Assembly (NCBI GenBank): GCA_030390025.1
Contig: CM059432.1
Span: 21,888,001-21,952,000 of the forward strand
From: Squalus acanthias
Lineage: Eukaryota
Length of the DNA stretch: 64,000 bases
Reading direction: 5' to 3'
Below are positions 24,254-36,099 of the stretch, piece by piece. Below the pieces are notes generated by a model that did no database searches, was not told the DNA's origin, and saw only the letters and a program-made list of their open reading frames with translations. Positions within the stretch are counted from its first letter, which is position 1; each line of letters starts with the position of its first letter. Both the position numbers and the translations under genes were made by a program.

Positions 24254-24565
24254 GAGGTGTGACAAAATGCTGGTCATTTTTTTATTAAAGGCCGAGGTTC
24301 GTGGTCCAACTTTTGTCTAGTGTTTTGGACATTATCTCCAGGTTGTGAGAACCAGTTATGTTAATGACTGTTTTTTTGTGTTTATTTCTATGAGTTTGTC
24401 ATGAGGAAATGACACACACAGAGTTTGCAAAATAAATAAGTCTTTGTATTCAAAATATACATGTTTGGTGTTTGGAATCATTGGTGCCTTGGCCGGCTTA
24501 GGGGTTGCGTGCTGGGTTCATTGATGTTGTTAGCAATGGCAGAAGCCATTTCCACAGCAGGGGCC

Positions 24566-25654
24566 CTAGAAGCGGCTTGCTATCAGCCGTTGACGGACGG
24601 CCCTTGCAGTTTCACCATTGTGGGACGCCCTCCCGCCTTGGTGCTGCTGATGATCATCCTCCTCGTCCTCTTCCTCCTCTTCCTCCTCCTCCTCTGGTGG
24701 TGCTCCAAGGCCTGGTGGCATTGGCTGGGTCCTGACGATTGCCATGTTATGCAACATGCAGCACACAACTACGAAGTTGGATACTCGCTCAGGCGAGTAC
24801 TGCAGGGCTCCTCCAGAATGGTCGAGACAGCGGAACCGTTGCTTCAGCACGCTGATTGTGCGCTCAATGATGTTCCTGGTAGCTTGATGGCTCTCATTGT
24901 ACCGCAGCTCAGCAGGGGTGTTGGGCGTACGGAGCGGTGTCATCAGCCAGGTGCTCAATGGATACCCCTTGTCCCCGAGAAGCCAACCAACTGGCTGATG
25001 CGGTGCCTCGAAAAGTTCTGCCACAGTTGTCTGGCGCAGGATGAAAGCATCGTGGCAGCTGCCAGGATAGTGGGCGTTGACAGCGAGTATCAGCTGTCTG
25101 TGGTCACAGACCAACTGAACATTCAAGGAATGGAACCCCTTTCTGTTCCGGAAATCCTCGGCATTCTCATGTGGAGCACGCAAAGCCACATGCGTGCAGT
25201 CAATGGCGCCCTGCACCATGGGGAAGCCCGCTATCCTCGCAAAGCCCAGAGCGCGGTCACGCTGCTTGTCTAGGGTCATGGGGAAAGAGATGTACTCTCG
25301 TCTCCTTTTAAAGAGGGCATTTGTGACCTGCCGGATGCAGCAATGCACCGCAAACTGGGAGATATTGGCGAGGTCCCCAGCAGCAGCTTGAAATGAGCCA
25401 GTAGCATAGAAGTTGAGAGCCACTGTGACCTTCACTGCCACTGACAGAGACGTCCTGGACCTCAGTTGAGGCTGCAGATCTGGCTGCAGCAGGTGGCAGA
25501 GCTCAGTGACCACCTCCTTGCTGAATCGCAGCCTTCGCAAACACAGCTCCTCAGACAAATGAATGTAGGAGAGCTGTTCACGATATACCCTGGGAGGGTA
25601 AGCTCTCCTGTACAGACGCCTGTTGGCCCTCCTCCGTCTGGCCATCATTGCCAC
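24566..25654 (-). CDS. PIF/Harbinger DDE transposase (HARBI1-family nuclease), ~360 aa open ORF
   Basis: HTH region, GAIDCTHV (D), NRKGFHSLNVQLVCD, YPGSCHD, LLGDKGY (D), IIERTISVLKQRF (E), CCMLHN. An upstream ATG at 25724 is out of frame by one base. Confidence 0.93.
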   Translation of the reverse strand: MAMMARRRRANRRLYRRAYPPRVYREQLSYIHLSEELCLRRLRFSKEVVTELCHLLQPDLQPQLRSRTSLSVAVKVTVALNFYATGSFQAAAGDLANISQFAVHCCIRQVTNALFKRRREYISFPMTLDKQRDRALGFARIAGFPMVQGAIDCTHVALRAPHENAEDFRNRKGFHSLNVQLVCDHRQLILAVNAHYPGSCHDAFILRQTTVAELFEAPHQPVGWLLGDKGYPLSTWLMTPLRTPNTPAELRYNESHQATRNIIERTISVLKQRFRCLDHSGGALQYSPERVSNFVVVCCMLHNMAIVRTQPMPPGLGAPPEEEEEEEEEDEEDDHQQHQGGRASHNGETARAVRQRLIASRF

Positions 25655-27654
25655 TCTCTCTGCATCTCTGTGTCCTCCGATTCAGCTGGAGCAGGACGAC
25701 GCCCCCATTCAGTGCAGCCCCCATAGTCTCTTTGCAAGCAAAGTTATGAAGGACAGCAACCAAAGTACCAGCGAAGTTAGGATCAGTAGGCAAAACTACC
25801 TCACAAAACGTTGACTCAATGCAGAAGTCTCTCTTTCTCTCTCTCCGAATCTCTCTCTCTCTCTCAGAACGAGTGGTGCAAAAATGTCAACCACAGAAAA
25901 AGACAGGAAGAGGCCCCCTTTAAATAGCGCCCCCCCCAGCCCCACAGTGATTGATAGCGTTCCAGTGTTCCGGTCGTTGGATGCGCCAGGCGGTAAGGCA
26001 GGGGGCGCCACTCAATTTCCGCTCCGGGGCGCCACAAGGGCGTTGCACCATGGAATGACGTCACAATCTGCGCGCGCAGGTGGTCGTAGCGGTAAAGTTT
26101 AGCGCCGCCGCACAATGTCTAGTTAAGTTCCCGAGCGGCGCAAACATCACTGCGCCCGGGCGCTAGCGGCTTTGTGCCCCATTAGCGCCCTCTTAAGGCG
26201 CTAACGGGAGGCGCAACCAACTGAATTTTCCCCCCCAAGTTTCTTACTGCTTGGAAGCAATCATTTTTTCTTTTTCATCATAAGTGATCTTTTAGCAAAC
26301 ATTGACGTATGTTAGAGAAGCAATAGCCTACACTTGTTTTCCATGAATTTTTGTATTTTAATTTGCCCCCAGTGAAAATAAGGGAAAAAAGTGGTGGGAT
26401 AATTCATATTTTCGCTCTTTGTATTCAGAGACAGCATTGAGCAATTCTTTGCAAAATGGAGCACATGGTAGATGCATTGGAGAATTACACTTTCACTGTC
26501 CCTCAACTGTGGATTTCAGCTTATAGATGTAGAAGTCCTATTTTGCCAATGTACATTTCTTTTTCTTTCTATTTCGCCAAATACGATGTCTGATTTAAGA
26601 TCCGATTTCAATCCTGATGAGAATGGGAGTTAAAATGGAGGCAGCGTCCTTCCCTATGGAAACATGTCACACTCATGCCCACCGCTATTTTAACAGCAGT
26701 TGGGGTCCGATAATGTAATTCGGACCCCAACAAGAATTTAACCGGCAGATGCATGTTTGGCATTGAACGTGTGCCTTGCCAGGGAAACCAGGTGCCAAGG
26801 AGCAGGCCCAAAAGACGGCCCAGTAGATGAGGTTCGTTAATGGTTTTCTTGCAAGCCAGGAAGAGCAGAGGTGCTCCTCCGAGGTCCAAAAAGGAAATCT
26901 AGGGGTCCTCCCCTGTCCCGGACTTTCCCATCTGCGATCATCTGCACCCCCAATTCTTACCAGAATGCCGAAGACCATGCTAGAGGATCCCTGTCAGCGG
27001 CCTCCTGCTGCCATAAATCCTGCTCCCGCCCACCATCCAAGCATTGATTCCCTCTGCTGTGACTAGGATGTTTCTGAAGAAACTTGCAGCATAACACATG
27101 CACATCTCAGCATGATGCCACCGGAGTTTAGCTGATTCAGCTTTCATTGGGAAGAGGACCCTCCATCAACCAATTCCTCCAAACTGAGGCACTGCAGGTG
27201 TGGGTGCAGATGAGAAGGCAAAGAGCACCACTCGGGCAGCTCGATCTGCCTGGCATCCTTCCGCTGGCCCCCCTTTCCTCCGAACACAGCAGCTCGAAGT
27301 ATTCCTGGTGGAAAACCTTCTGGTACTAATAAAAGGGAGCTTGTAAATGCCTAAGTGCCAGTTGGTTAAAAAAAAAAGCAAAACAAAAGTACAAGAGGGG
27401 CCTTTAAAAGGCCGAATGCACTTACCTTTAAAATCCGTGGAAGAACCTGGTAAGCTTCAGGAAGTGGAGCCTGCAAGTCTGCACCAGACTTCCATCCTGC
27501 CAGGTTTTCATGGGTGATGTACAGTTGATGTACAGTTTTCTTTCCCTTAAGGCTACCCACCCCTTTAAGATGTTGCAGGCATCTGTGATGGTGGCCCTGC
27601 TAGACATTTCCAGAATGTTTTGGTTTTTCAATCATGTTTAATGCGAAAAACATT

Positions 27655-28290
27655 AATATTCGTTCTTGGGATGTGGAAGTCATTGGCAAGGCCAGCATTT
27701 ATTGCCCATTCTAGTTTCCCTGAGTTTTATATGATTGAGTGACTTGCTTTGCCACTACAGAGGGTAGTTAAGACTCAACCATGTTAGTGTGGGACTGGAG
27801 TCACATTTGGCCAGACCTGGTGTATTGGCAGGTTTTTTTTCCCTAAAGAACTGTTAAGTTCTGGTTCTAATTAGCTCATGAGACATCAGTTCAGCATATT
27901 ACTTTATTAGTCAAAAGTCCATGCAAACTTAATTAAACACTACATTAATAGACAGTTAACAAGAGTCTATCAAATTTATTCTAATACAAGCTGTAATTAT
28001 GCAGTTGACTGTATTCTCATGCTTGGGCAACTTGGCTGGGTTTGGATGCTGTCTCCTGTTGACAGATAGCAAGAGCTTTTTCCCCTCTTTATGTTCATTT
28101 CATGGTCACATTTGTGACTTTTACAATTCACTCAAGTCATCAAGTTTTAGATTGTGATCCTTAGGTCTTTTTAAAACTGAATTCAAATTCTTAAACTGCC
28201 GTGGTGAGATTTGAATTTACACTCTCTGGATTATTAGTCCAAGCCTCTGGATTACTAATCCAGTAACATAACCACTACACTACCATACAA
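27655..28290 (-). mobile_element. Short retroposon with the CR1-group 3' end seen at 3520, split by ~300 bp of other sequence
   Basis: gggatgtggaagtcattggcaaggccagcatttattgccc; resumes at ~28170 (aactgaattcaaattc...ccagtaacataaccactacactacc). Confidence 0.55.
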
Positions 28291-28547
28291 AATATTCATA
28301 CTGTACAATATGCAGAAGATCATTTTTTAACAGAACTTCTGTAGCTTTCACCTAAATGTTGAATAAAACAATTTTACAACATCAGTTTACCCGTCAACTT
28401 TTCTTATATTTCATTGGAGTAGATGAAACTTTTAACAAGCTGAAACAGGGCAACTTTCTTCAAGGAAACCATCTTATGATTTCCAAAAAATGTTATCTTA
28501 ATACCGAATCCTTCTTGACTCAATTACCTGCTCATTTTTTTTGCAGG

Positions 28548-28618
28548 GAGGGGGTGACTTTTCAATTAGGCAATTTGTGCCCGTTTCGCCGATTGCGCCC
28601 AAAGCGGAAACTCTACCC
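28548..28618. mobile_element. Isolated MITE terminus
   Basis: gcaatttgtgcccgtttcgccgattgcgcccaaagcggaaactctaccc matches 54970-55021. Confidence 0.7.
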
Positions 28619-29019
28619 AAAAGTGTTCACTTCATAGGTATTTTCAGCTGAAAGAGGTTCAGTATAACTGAATATAATGCAACAGACACAAAAAGCAAAT
28701 GGTATTGGTTTTCAATTTCTAGTCACTTAAGGAGAAATGTTGAATAGGATTGAGCACTGCAGCAATGGCACCATGTCAAACAGACTGCTGGTCGAGTTCC
28801 ACAATTCTTAGTGAGCAAGTTAAAAAAATGTAACTTCAAATTGGGCTACAGGCCTGAGTAGCAGTTTTTTTTTCTAACTATTTACAGCAGTGTTATTTTT
28901 CCAAATACAAGTAGAGAGACTCTTCATGCCTCCTGGACCCTTAAGAACCCCTGAATGTTATGGTGAATTAACTTCCAAAAAACGTCATTTCCTCCCTTCG
29001 CTGTGAGCTCGTCGTCAAC

Positions 29020-30925
29020 TGTGGCTCAGTGGTAGCACTCTGGCCTCTGAGTCAGAAGACTTTGGGTTCAAGTCCCACTCCAATGACTTGCGTGTGTAAT
29101 CTAAGCTGATACTTCAGTGAAGCATTGAGGGAATGTTGCACTGTCAGAGGTGCTGTCTTTCGGATGAGATGTTAAGCCAAGGCCCCGTTGAAAGGATTAT
29201 TACTAGTCCTAGCCCTTTTCGGGCCACCCCGGATCAGGCGTATTCCCCAGATGTTCACCTTCAACTAAAGTTAGAGATAGCCGAATCCTATAAGATGCTT
29301 AATTGGGTCTAAAGGTCCAGACTATCTCTCCCTAAAGGAAAGGAATGACTTGAAGTTGTTACCGTCCTCCAGATAGCACTTTTAATAAGTTTAACTAGAC
29401 TGTAACCTTCCGGATATTATGAGGGTCCGGAAACCCCCCCCCAGAATTCTGCAACTCCTCACAAAAGAGTGTACAGAGATTGAGTTCACGAGTTTGATAC
29501 AGAAATACTATTTGAGATATTTCTAAAAATATATAGATTTATTAAAGAACCGACATGCAGCTAACAGTTGGTGATTCAATCGCAACTTTAACAGTTCAAA
29601 ATACAAATAGCTTACAATTCTTCTCAGAGATCCTTATTCTCAAATCTTAACTTCGTTACATTTTTATATTTCTACTTATTCTTAATCCAGAATATCCACC
29701 AAAATCAAATAAAAGTACATTTTGATCCCTGAGACTCAAAGAGTTAAAAACTTACAGAGCCTGCCTCTGAAATTGAGAATTGCTTGCCCCTTCCAGCGAC
29801 TTCTGACTTCCTATCTGAAAGTTCCATATCTTTTACTCTTTTTGCAGTGGCATATCCTTTGAAGTTTTCTGCTGATGTAAGCTAATTATCTCTAGTCATT
29901 CTTTCTGTTGACTTCTTTCTAATCTTACTGTCAGTTCAGCTGTTAACTTGCAGACTTCTGTCTCTACCTTTAGGTGTTCAAATCTTATCGTAAAAAACAA
30001 TTTGACAGTAGTTTTTTATTTGATGCCATTCTTACGAAGGTCCTCCACTCAATTCTCAAACCACCCCAGCTGCTCGCAAGCCAGACTTCGCATCTCCCAA
30101 CTGTTCCAAGTTCAATACAAAAACCATGTGATTACTTGGTGCATCTATTGATGTAATATTTACAAAGTCTTCTGTTTGTACCTTTTACAATATGTAAATC
30201 AAAAACACTTCAACCAAGTACTTGATTGTTTCCCCAGCCATCTTAGTTGGTTATATTACAAACTTATGTCTCCTGTCTTTCATTTGATGTTACTTTTACA
30301 AAGGCACATGTTTCTTTAATGTTCTGCATTTCTGTTTGAAGCGTTAGTTTTTAACACTTTAAACTGGGTAATGGTATTGTGTTAGTTCCAAACTGCAGAC
30401 CTTCTGGAAGCAACCCTTTTCTTCTTCAATAGGGCCATTGTTTTAGTAGTTACAACCAATTCCCATTTCAAAAGCTTGTATGGTGTTTACAGCTTTGTGT
30501 TAACGACTCATCTTATCTCAGAAGCCTGTATTTACAGCTTTAGCTTGTTAAGGCTTTTAGATTTTTAAACCCAGTTTGTCATATTTTAATAATGTCAGAA
30601 TTCTGTTCATAGGATGGTGTATTTTTCTGAAATATGGCTATTCCTTTACACCGTCTTCCCTCTCAGGTGGCACTTATTCCAAGATGAACAGGGGAGTTTT
30701 TCCCAGTGTCCTCCTGGTCGACAATTATCCCTCAACCAACACCTTAAAAAGATGATCTGGCCATTTATTTCATTGCTGTTTACGGGAGCTAGCTGTGTGC
30801 AAATCAGCTGCTGCGTTTTCTACATTACAACAGTGACTACACTTCAAAAGTACTTCATTGACTGCACAGAGCTTTGGGGCGTCATGATTTGGGAAAGACG
30901 CTGTATAGATGTAAGTCTTTCTTTC
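29020..30925 (+). mobile_element. Deu-domain tRNA-SINE split by a solo LTR (29020-29188 + 30651-30925)
   Basis: A-box gtggctcagtggtagc, B-box gggttcaagtccc, Deu domain continuous across the CCGT duplication. Confidence 0.88.
29189..30650 (-). mobile_element. Solo LTR (1462 bp)
   Basis: TGAAAGGA...TCCTTTACA termini, 4-bp TSD CCGT at 29185-29188 and 30651-30654, AATAAA on the minus strand at ~29540. Confidence 0.9.
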
Positions 30926-31833
30926 ATAAGCTACGATGTCGGAGCCGAGCTGAACTTTTCCCTTTTCTTCTGGTGCACTACAATTGGTGGCTTTCTTTTC
31001 AAACTGATCCAAAAAAGCTTGGGATGACTGTGGGAAAGTCTAATGTGCCTGTCAAGCGCATTTTGATTCCGTGCTTCATTTTACAAGACGCTTAGTAAAT
31101 ACATGTAAATGTTGCATCAAAAAAATACCTGGCACGCACGTGACCATTGTCAGCTCAGCTTTATTCTGCTCGAGATTCTGACCAAAGGGAAAGATAAATT
31201 AAAAAAGACTAGTTTTAATTACAACACCAGTCTGTTTGAATGATTCATTTGCATAGTTCCAAACGCTGGAAGGGAAATAGAGTGGAAAAACGTAGAAGAA
31301 AGCAGGGAGAAGGAACTTCTGCGGAGCATGTCAGTGTATTATATATTAAAAAAATGAATAACTGACAGAATGATCAGGAGACCAGGCACTAAAAGCATTT
31401 TGTTTTTGAGTCACGAGAGGTTGTAAATTAACGTTTGCTTGCAATGTCATCTGTGCTTGTTTGTGGATTGGACAGCAATAATTCCAGAATGTTGGTGGTG
31501 GGGGCAGCAGCACTCGATTAACCCAGCCTTATTTTATACGGCTATTTGATGGGCAGGATCATAGGCCTACAGATTTTCCACCTGAATAAACTACAGTCAC
31601 TGCTGACATGTAGGGAAAAATAGCAGGCAATTTTCACACAGCAAGATCCAACAAACAACAATGAGATAAAACACCAGTTCATCTATTTTTTGGTGATGTT
31701 GAATGAGGGAGGCATACTGAATAGGGCAACTACATGCATTTATTTAATGCCTTTAACGTAGTAAAATGTCCCAAGGCATTTCACAGGACAGTTATCAGAT
31801 AGAATTTGACATCAAGCCATATAAGGAGATATT

Positions 31834-32567
31834 GGGCCGGATATTCCGTTCCCTACGGGTGGGTATGTGCTGTGTACTCACCCGTAGGGACATCGGAAAT
31901 GCCGGTTTCAGGCATGTACTGCGCAAGCGCTGGAAACTGGCATTTCTGATCTGTCATGAAAGCACTTGACAGATCGGACTCCTGCCCTGGAGAAGGGCCT
32001 CTGTGGGCGGATAGTTCGGCTTTCTGGAGACCCTCCGTCTGCAGAAAACCCTTACAATCCTTGCGCCTGGTAAAACCAGGATAAGAGTTGAAAAATTTTT
32101 TTTAAAAAAAAATGTCACTGATTTATCATTTAAAAATACTTTAAAAAAGGTAAATTTATTTTTAGTCCTGTAAAACACTTTAATTAATTTTTTCAAAAAT
32201 TTAAATTTTTGTTTAAAATAGTTAATTTATTGTAATTTCAAGTCATTTTAAAAATGTAATAAAAAAAAATTATTTAAAGTTTTACTATATATTTGGGGTG
32301 ATCTCCATTCATATATTTGACAGGTCTTCCTGTCAAGTGTATGAAGGGAGATTCCCTTCTGTGATTGGCTCCCCATGGCCCCATGTGATCCCAGGGACGC
32401 TGCGAACTACCTGCGCCTCTGGGATCCGTGGGCCCTGCGCACTGGCAGTTTGGAGAGGCCCAGCGTCGGAATTGTGTGCGTCCCGGGAGCCCTCAGGTAA
32501 GGGCGCAGATTTTTCCAGATCGCAGTCCTCCTGCCCGCGGGAGGCCTGCGATCGGAATATCTGGGCC
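31834..32567. mobile_element. Harbinger-type MITE with AT-rich core
   Basis: TIRs GGGCCGGATATTCCG / CGGAATATCTGGGCC; flanks ATT/ATG. Confidence 0.8.
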
Positions 32568-32749
32568 ATGAGTACAATAGCAAAATACTGCAGATGCTGG
32601 AAATCTGAAATAACAACAGAAAATGCTGGAAACACTCAGCAGGTGAGGCAGCATCGAGGAGAGAGAAACAGGGTCAGCGTTTCAAGTCAGGGACCCCTTT
32701 TCGAGGCTGCCTGACCTGCTGATTGCTTCCAGCATTTTCTGTTGTTACT
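32568..32749. mobile_element. Penelope-derived short fold-back element (second PLE family)
   Basis: aacaacagaaaatgctggaa..ctcagcagg inverted to cctgctga.tgcttccagcattttctgttgtt, with a half hammerhead (GAAACGCT on minus strand). Confidence 0.7.
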
Positions 32750-33807
32750 TAAGGAAATATTCGGACAGGTGACCAAAAGCTTGGTCAAAGAGGTAGATTT
32801 TAAGGAGCGTCTTTCTTAAAGGAGGAGGAGAGAGGAGGAGAGGCGGAGAGGTTTAGGGAGAGGGAATTCCAAAGCTAAGGGCTTAGACAAATGAAGGCCC
32901 ATCTGCCAATGGGGGGGGCGAAGGAAATCGGAGATGCACAAGTGGCCAAGAAATGGAGGAATGCAGAAATCTCAGAGGTTTGGAAGGCTATATCAGGTTA
33001 CAGAGATAGGAAGGGGTGAGGCCATGGAGGGATTTGAACAATGATGAGAAAGTTAAATTCGAGGTGTGGCTGGATGAGAGCCAATGCCAGTCAGTGATCA
33101 CAGGGATGATCAGTGAACAGAACTTGGTGTGAGTTGGAGCAAGTCTCAACTGGAATGGTAATACTAGTGTTACAGTTTCCTACTCAATGCCCCTGAGATA
33201 TGAGGGCAAAAATTGGCCCAGGGCCACACTCCTGATCATTATCCAGAAGGCAACATGCCCCTATGGAAGCATGCCCCAGCAAGGAGTCAGTGCCTTCAGA
33301 AGATGAACGGAGAGCAGAAAATTGGCAAGATAATACCCTGAGAAAGTCGAAAGAGTTGATTTAAAAATAACAACCACTTGGTTGAAATCAATACACAAAC
33401 TAATTGGTACAATGTCGAAAACATGCTAAAGGCAGAGATTAAGACAAATTGCTGTGGCTGGCAGTGTAACTGCTTGAAACAAAGTAACTGGGCCCACCTA
33501 CAGTCTTTAATGAATTCCTTACGGTGGATTAACACAGCCTATGTATGGATGCAAAGTTCAACAGAACAAATGAGATGACATTCAACGGAAGACCAAAATA
33601 TGAAGAAGCTCAATGTGCCGAGTACTCCAGGGAAGAAACAGATTAAAGAACAACCAGCCAAAATCCCAGAAACACAGCAATATTAAAACCTAAGGTATAG
33701 GAGTCCAACTAAACACCAGAAGTGGCCAAGTCTCTCCCTTTATTATTATATACTGTAAAGCGGCCAGCCTCAGCACTGCCTGTGTGTCTCTTTCTTCCTT
33801 TCTGTCT

Positions 33808-34085
33808 TTCGGATGAGACGTTCTGCTCTCTCAGGTGGACGTAAAAGATTCCACGGCACTATTTCGAAAATGAGCAGGGGAGTTATCCCCGGTGCCCTGG
33901 CCAATATTTATCCCTCAACCAAATTCACTATCTGGTCATTATCACATTGCTGTTTGTGGGACCTTGCTGTGAACAAATTGTCTGCCGCATTTCCCACATT
34001 ACAACAGCACTTCATTGGCTTTGGCACGTCCCTGAGGTTGTGAAAAGCGCTATATAAATGTGAGTCTTTCTTTCTTCTTTCTTTC
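33808..34085 (+). mobile_element. Deu-domain SINE, 5'-truncated
   Basis: tttcggatgagacgtt...ctctcaggtggacgtaaaagat...gcgctatataaatg plus (TTTC)n tail. Confidence 0.85.
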
Positions 34086-35558
34086 CTTCGGGTGGGGGTG
34101 GGGGGTCAATCTCCATATCTGGTCACGCTTGATGAAAACAAAATGTAAAAACAAAGGCAATGAATCGGCCCGTGTACCTGATCAAGCCAACATATCCATA
34201 CTAAATAAAAAACCTGACAAATAATCTGATTCAGAACTTAAACAATTGCAATTTCCCTCATGATACATTGTCCGAATTTCCAGATAGAGTAAATAACGAT
34301 TCTGCATTAAAACATGAAAAGGATATCTGGCTCTCGCTGACTATGAAAAAGCCACAGTTCTGCCTGTTGCTATGACAGCTTCTGGATTACTCCACACAGA
34401 GGTCGGCAGGGATACAATGAGCAATGATATAAAGCATATGGTACATCCACAATTGACTGCCCTACTGTTTCGGGAAGCAGAGTCGCATCATAAGGGACTG
34501 AGAATATATAAATATTGATGTTGCAGTGGCTTGCATAAAAGCAAAGATGCAGATATCTTTGGGTGTGGAGGAGGGGAGCAGGTTTTCTGCTATCCTTGGC
34601 CCTCTCCTATTTCTCATTACATGCTGCCCATTGGCGACAGCATCGAAAACACAGTGTCAGTTTCCACATGTACGCTGACGACATCAGCTCACCACCACTT
34701 CTCTCGACCCCTCCACGGTCTCTAAACTGTCAGACTGCTTGTCCGACATCCAGTTCTGGATGAGCAGAAATTTTCTCCAATTAAATATTGGGAAGACTGA
34801 AGCCATTGTTTTCGGTCCCCGCCACAAACTCTGTTCCCTAGCCATTGACTCCATCCCTCTCCCTAACATCTGTCTGAGGCTGAACCACACTGTTCGCAAC
34901 CTTGGTGTCATATTTAACCCTGAAGTGAGCTTCCAACCACATATCCGCAGCATAACTAAGACCACCTATTTCCACCTCCGTAACATCGCCCGTCTCCGCC
35001 CTTGCTTCAGCTCATCCGCTGCTGAAACCTTCATCCATGCCTTTGTTACCTCATACCTTGACTATTCCAATGCACTCCTGGCTGGCCTCCCATGTTCTAC
35101 CCTACGTAAACTTGAGGTCATCCAAAGCTTGGCTGCCCGTGTCCTAACTCACCAAGTCCTGCTCACCCATGACCCTTGTACTCGCTGATCTACATTGGCT
35201 CCCGGTTAAGCAGCACCTCGATTTCAAAACTCTCATCCTTGTTTTCAAATCCCTCCATGGCCTTGCCCCTCTCTATCTCTGTAATCTCCTGCAGCCCCAC
35301 AACCCCCCGAGATATCTGCACTCCTCTAATCCTGCCCTTTTGAGCATCCCTGATTATAATCGCTCAACCTTTGGTGGCCATGCCTTCTGTTGCCTAGGCC
35401 CTAAGCTCTGGAATTCCCTGCCGAAAAGCTCCACCTCTCTACCTCTCTTTCCTCCTTTAAGACACTCCTTAAAACCTACCTCTTTGACCAAGCTTTTGGT
35501 CATCTGCCCTAATTTCTCCTTATGTGGCTCGGTGTCAAATTTTTTATCTTATAATACT

Positions 35559-36010
35559 AAAAGAAAGAAAGACTTGCATTTATATAGCGCCTTTCACGAC
35601 CTCAGGATGTCCCAAAGCGTTTATACAGTCAATGAAGTACTTTTTGAAGCATAGTCACTGTTGCAATGTGGGAAACGCAGCAGCCAATTAGCGCACAGCA
35701 AGCTCCCTCAAACAGCAGTGTGATAATAACCAGATAAATCTGTTTTTAGTGATGTTGATTGAGGGATAAATATTGGCCAGGACACTGGGGCTAACTCCAC
35801 TGTTCTTCTTCAAAACAGTGCCATAGGATCTTTTACATCCACCTGAGAGGGCAGACAGGGCCTTGGTTTAACATTTCATCTGGAAAAACTGCACCTCCTA
35901 CAGTGCAGCACTCCCTCGGAGTGTCAGCCTAGATGTTTGTGCTTAAGTACCTGAGTGGGGTTTGAACCGACAACCTTCTGACTCAGAGTCGATGATGCTA
36001 TCAACTGACA
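35559..36010 (-). mobile_element. Deu-domain tRNA-SINE, near full length
   Basis: (AAAG)n tail, acttgcatttatatagcgcc, Deu domain, head at ~35960-36010. Confidence 0.88.
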
Positions 36011-36027
36011 CAGAAATAACACCAAGC

Positions 36028-36099
36028 TGTGATGGCCAGGAACCGAACCCACATCAACTGCTTGGAAGGCAGCGATGCTCTCCACTATACCACCATCTC
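36028..36099 (-). pseudogene. tRNA-Gly(TCC) pseudogene / tRNA-derived head
   Basis: Minus strand GAGATGGTGGTATAGTGGAGAGCATCGCTGCCTTCCAAGCAGTTGATGTGGGTTCGGTTCCTGGCCATCACA aligns end to end with vertebrate tRNA-Gly-TCC. Acceptor and T stems are disrupted. Confidence 0.85.

Larger units (their letters stand above)
22078..26236. mobile_element. Full-length two-gene PIF/Harbinger transposon
   Basis: TIRs GGGG(G)AAAAATT.. / ..AATTTTCCCCCCC, convergent Myb (+) and transposase (-) genes. Inserted in a CR1 tail with an imperfect 3-bp TSD (ATG/AAG). Confidence 0.95.
31735..33135 (-). mobile_element. L2 LINE 3' fragment, interrupted at 31834-32749
   Basis: gcctttaacgtagtaaaatgtcccaaggc...taaggagatatt | taaggaaatattcggacaggtgaccaaaagcttggtcaaagagg, homologous to 35200-35540. 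Confidence 0.8.

Noticed and set aside
24461..25273. 270-aa hydrophobic + strand ORF as a third transposon gene
   Set aside because: Antisense to the transposase; the Leu/Phe run mirrors the poly-Glu tract.
24566..25654. Domesticated host gene HARBI1 (or NAIF1/MSANTD for the Myb gene)
   Set aside because: Bounded by TIRs, paired with a Myb gene and multi-copy with decayed paralogs, so it is a transposon rather than the host ortholog.
26600..27610. GC-rich block, probably an old MITE
   Set aside because: Could not define TIRs or a TSD. The same applies to 36740-37330, 37720-37918 and 52670-53085.
36028..36099. Functional tRNA-Gly gene
   Set aside because: Acceptor and T-stem pairing are broken and the B-box is altered.
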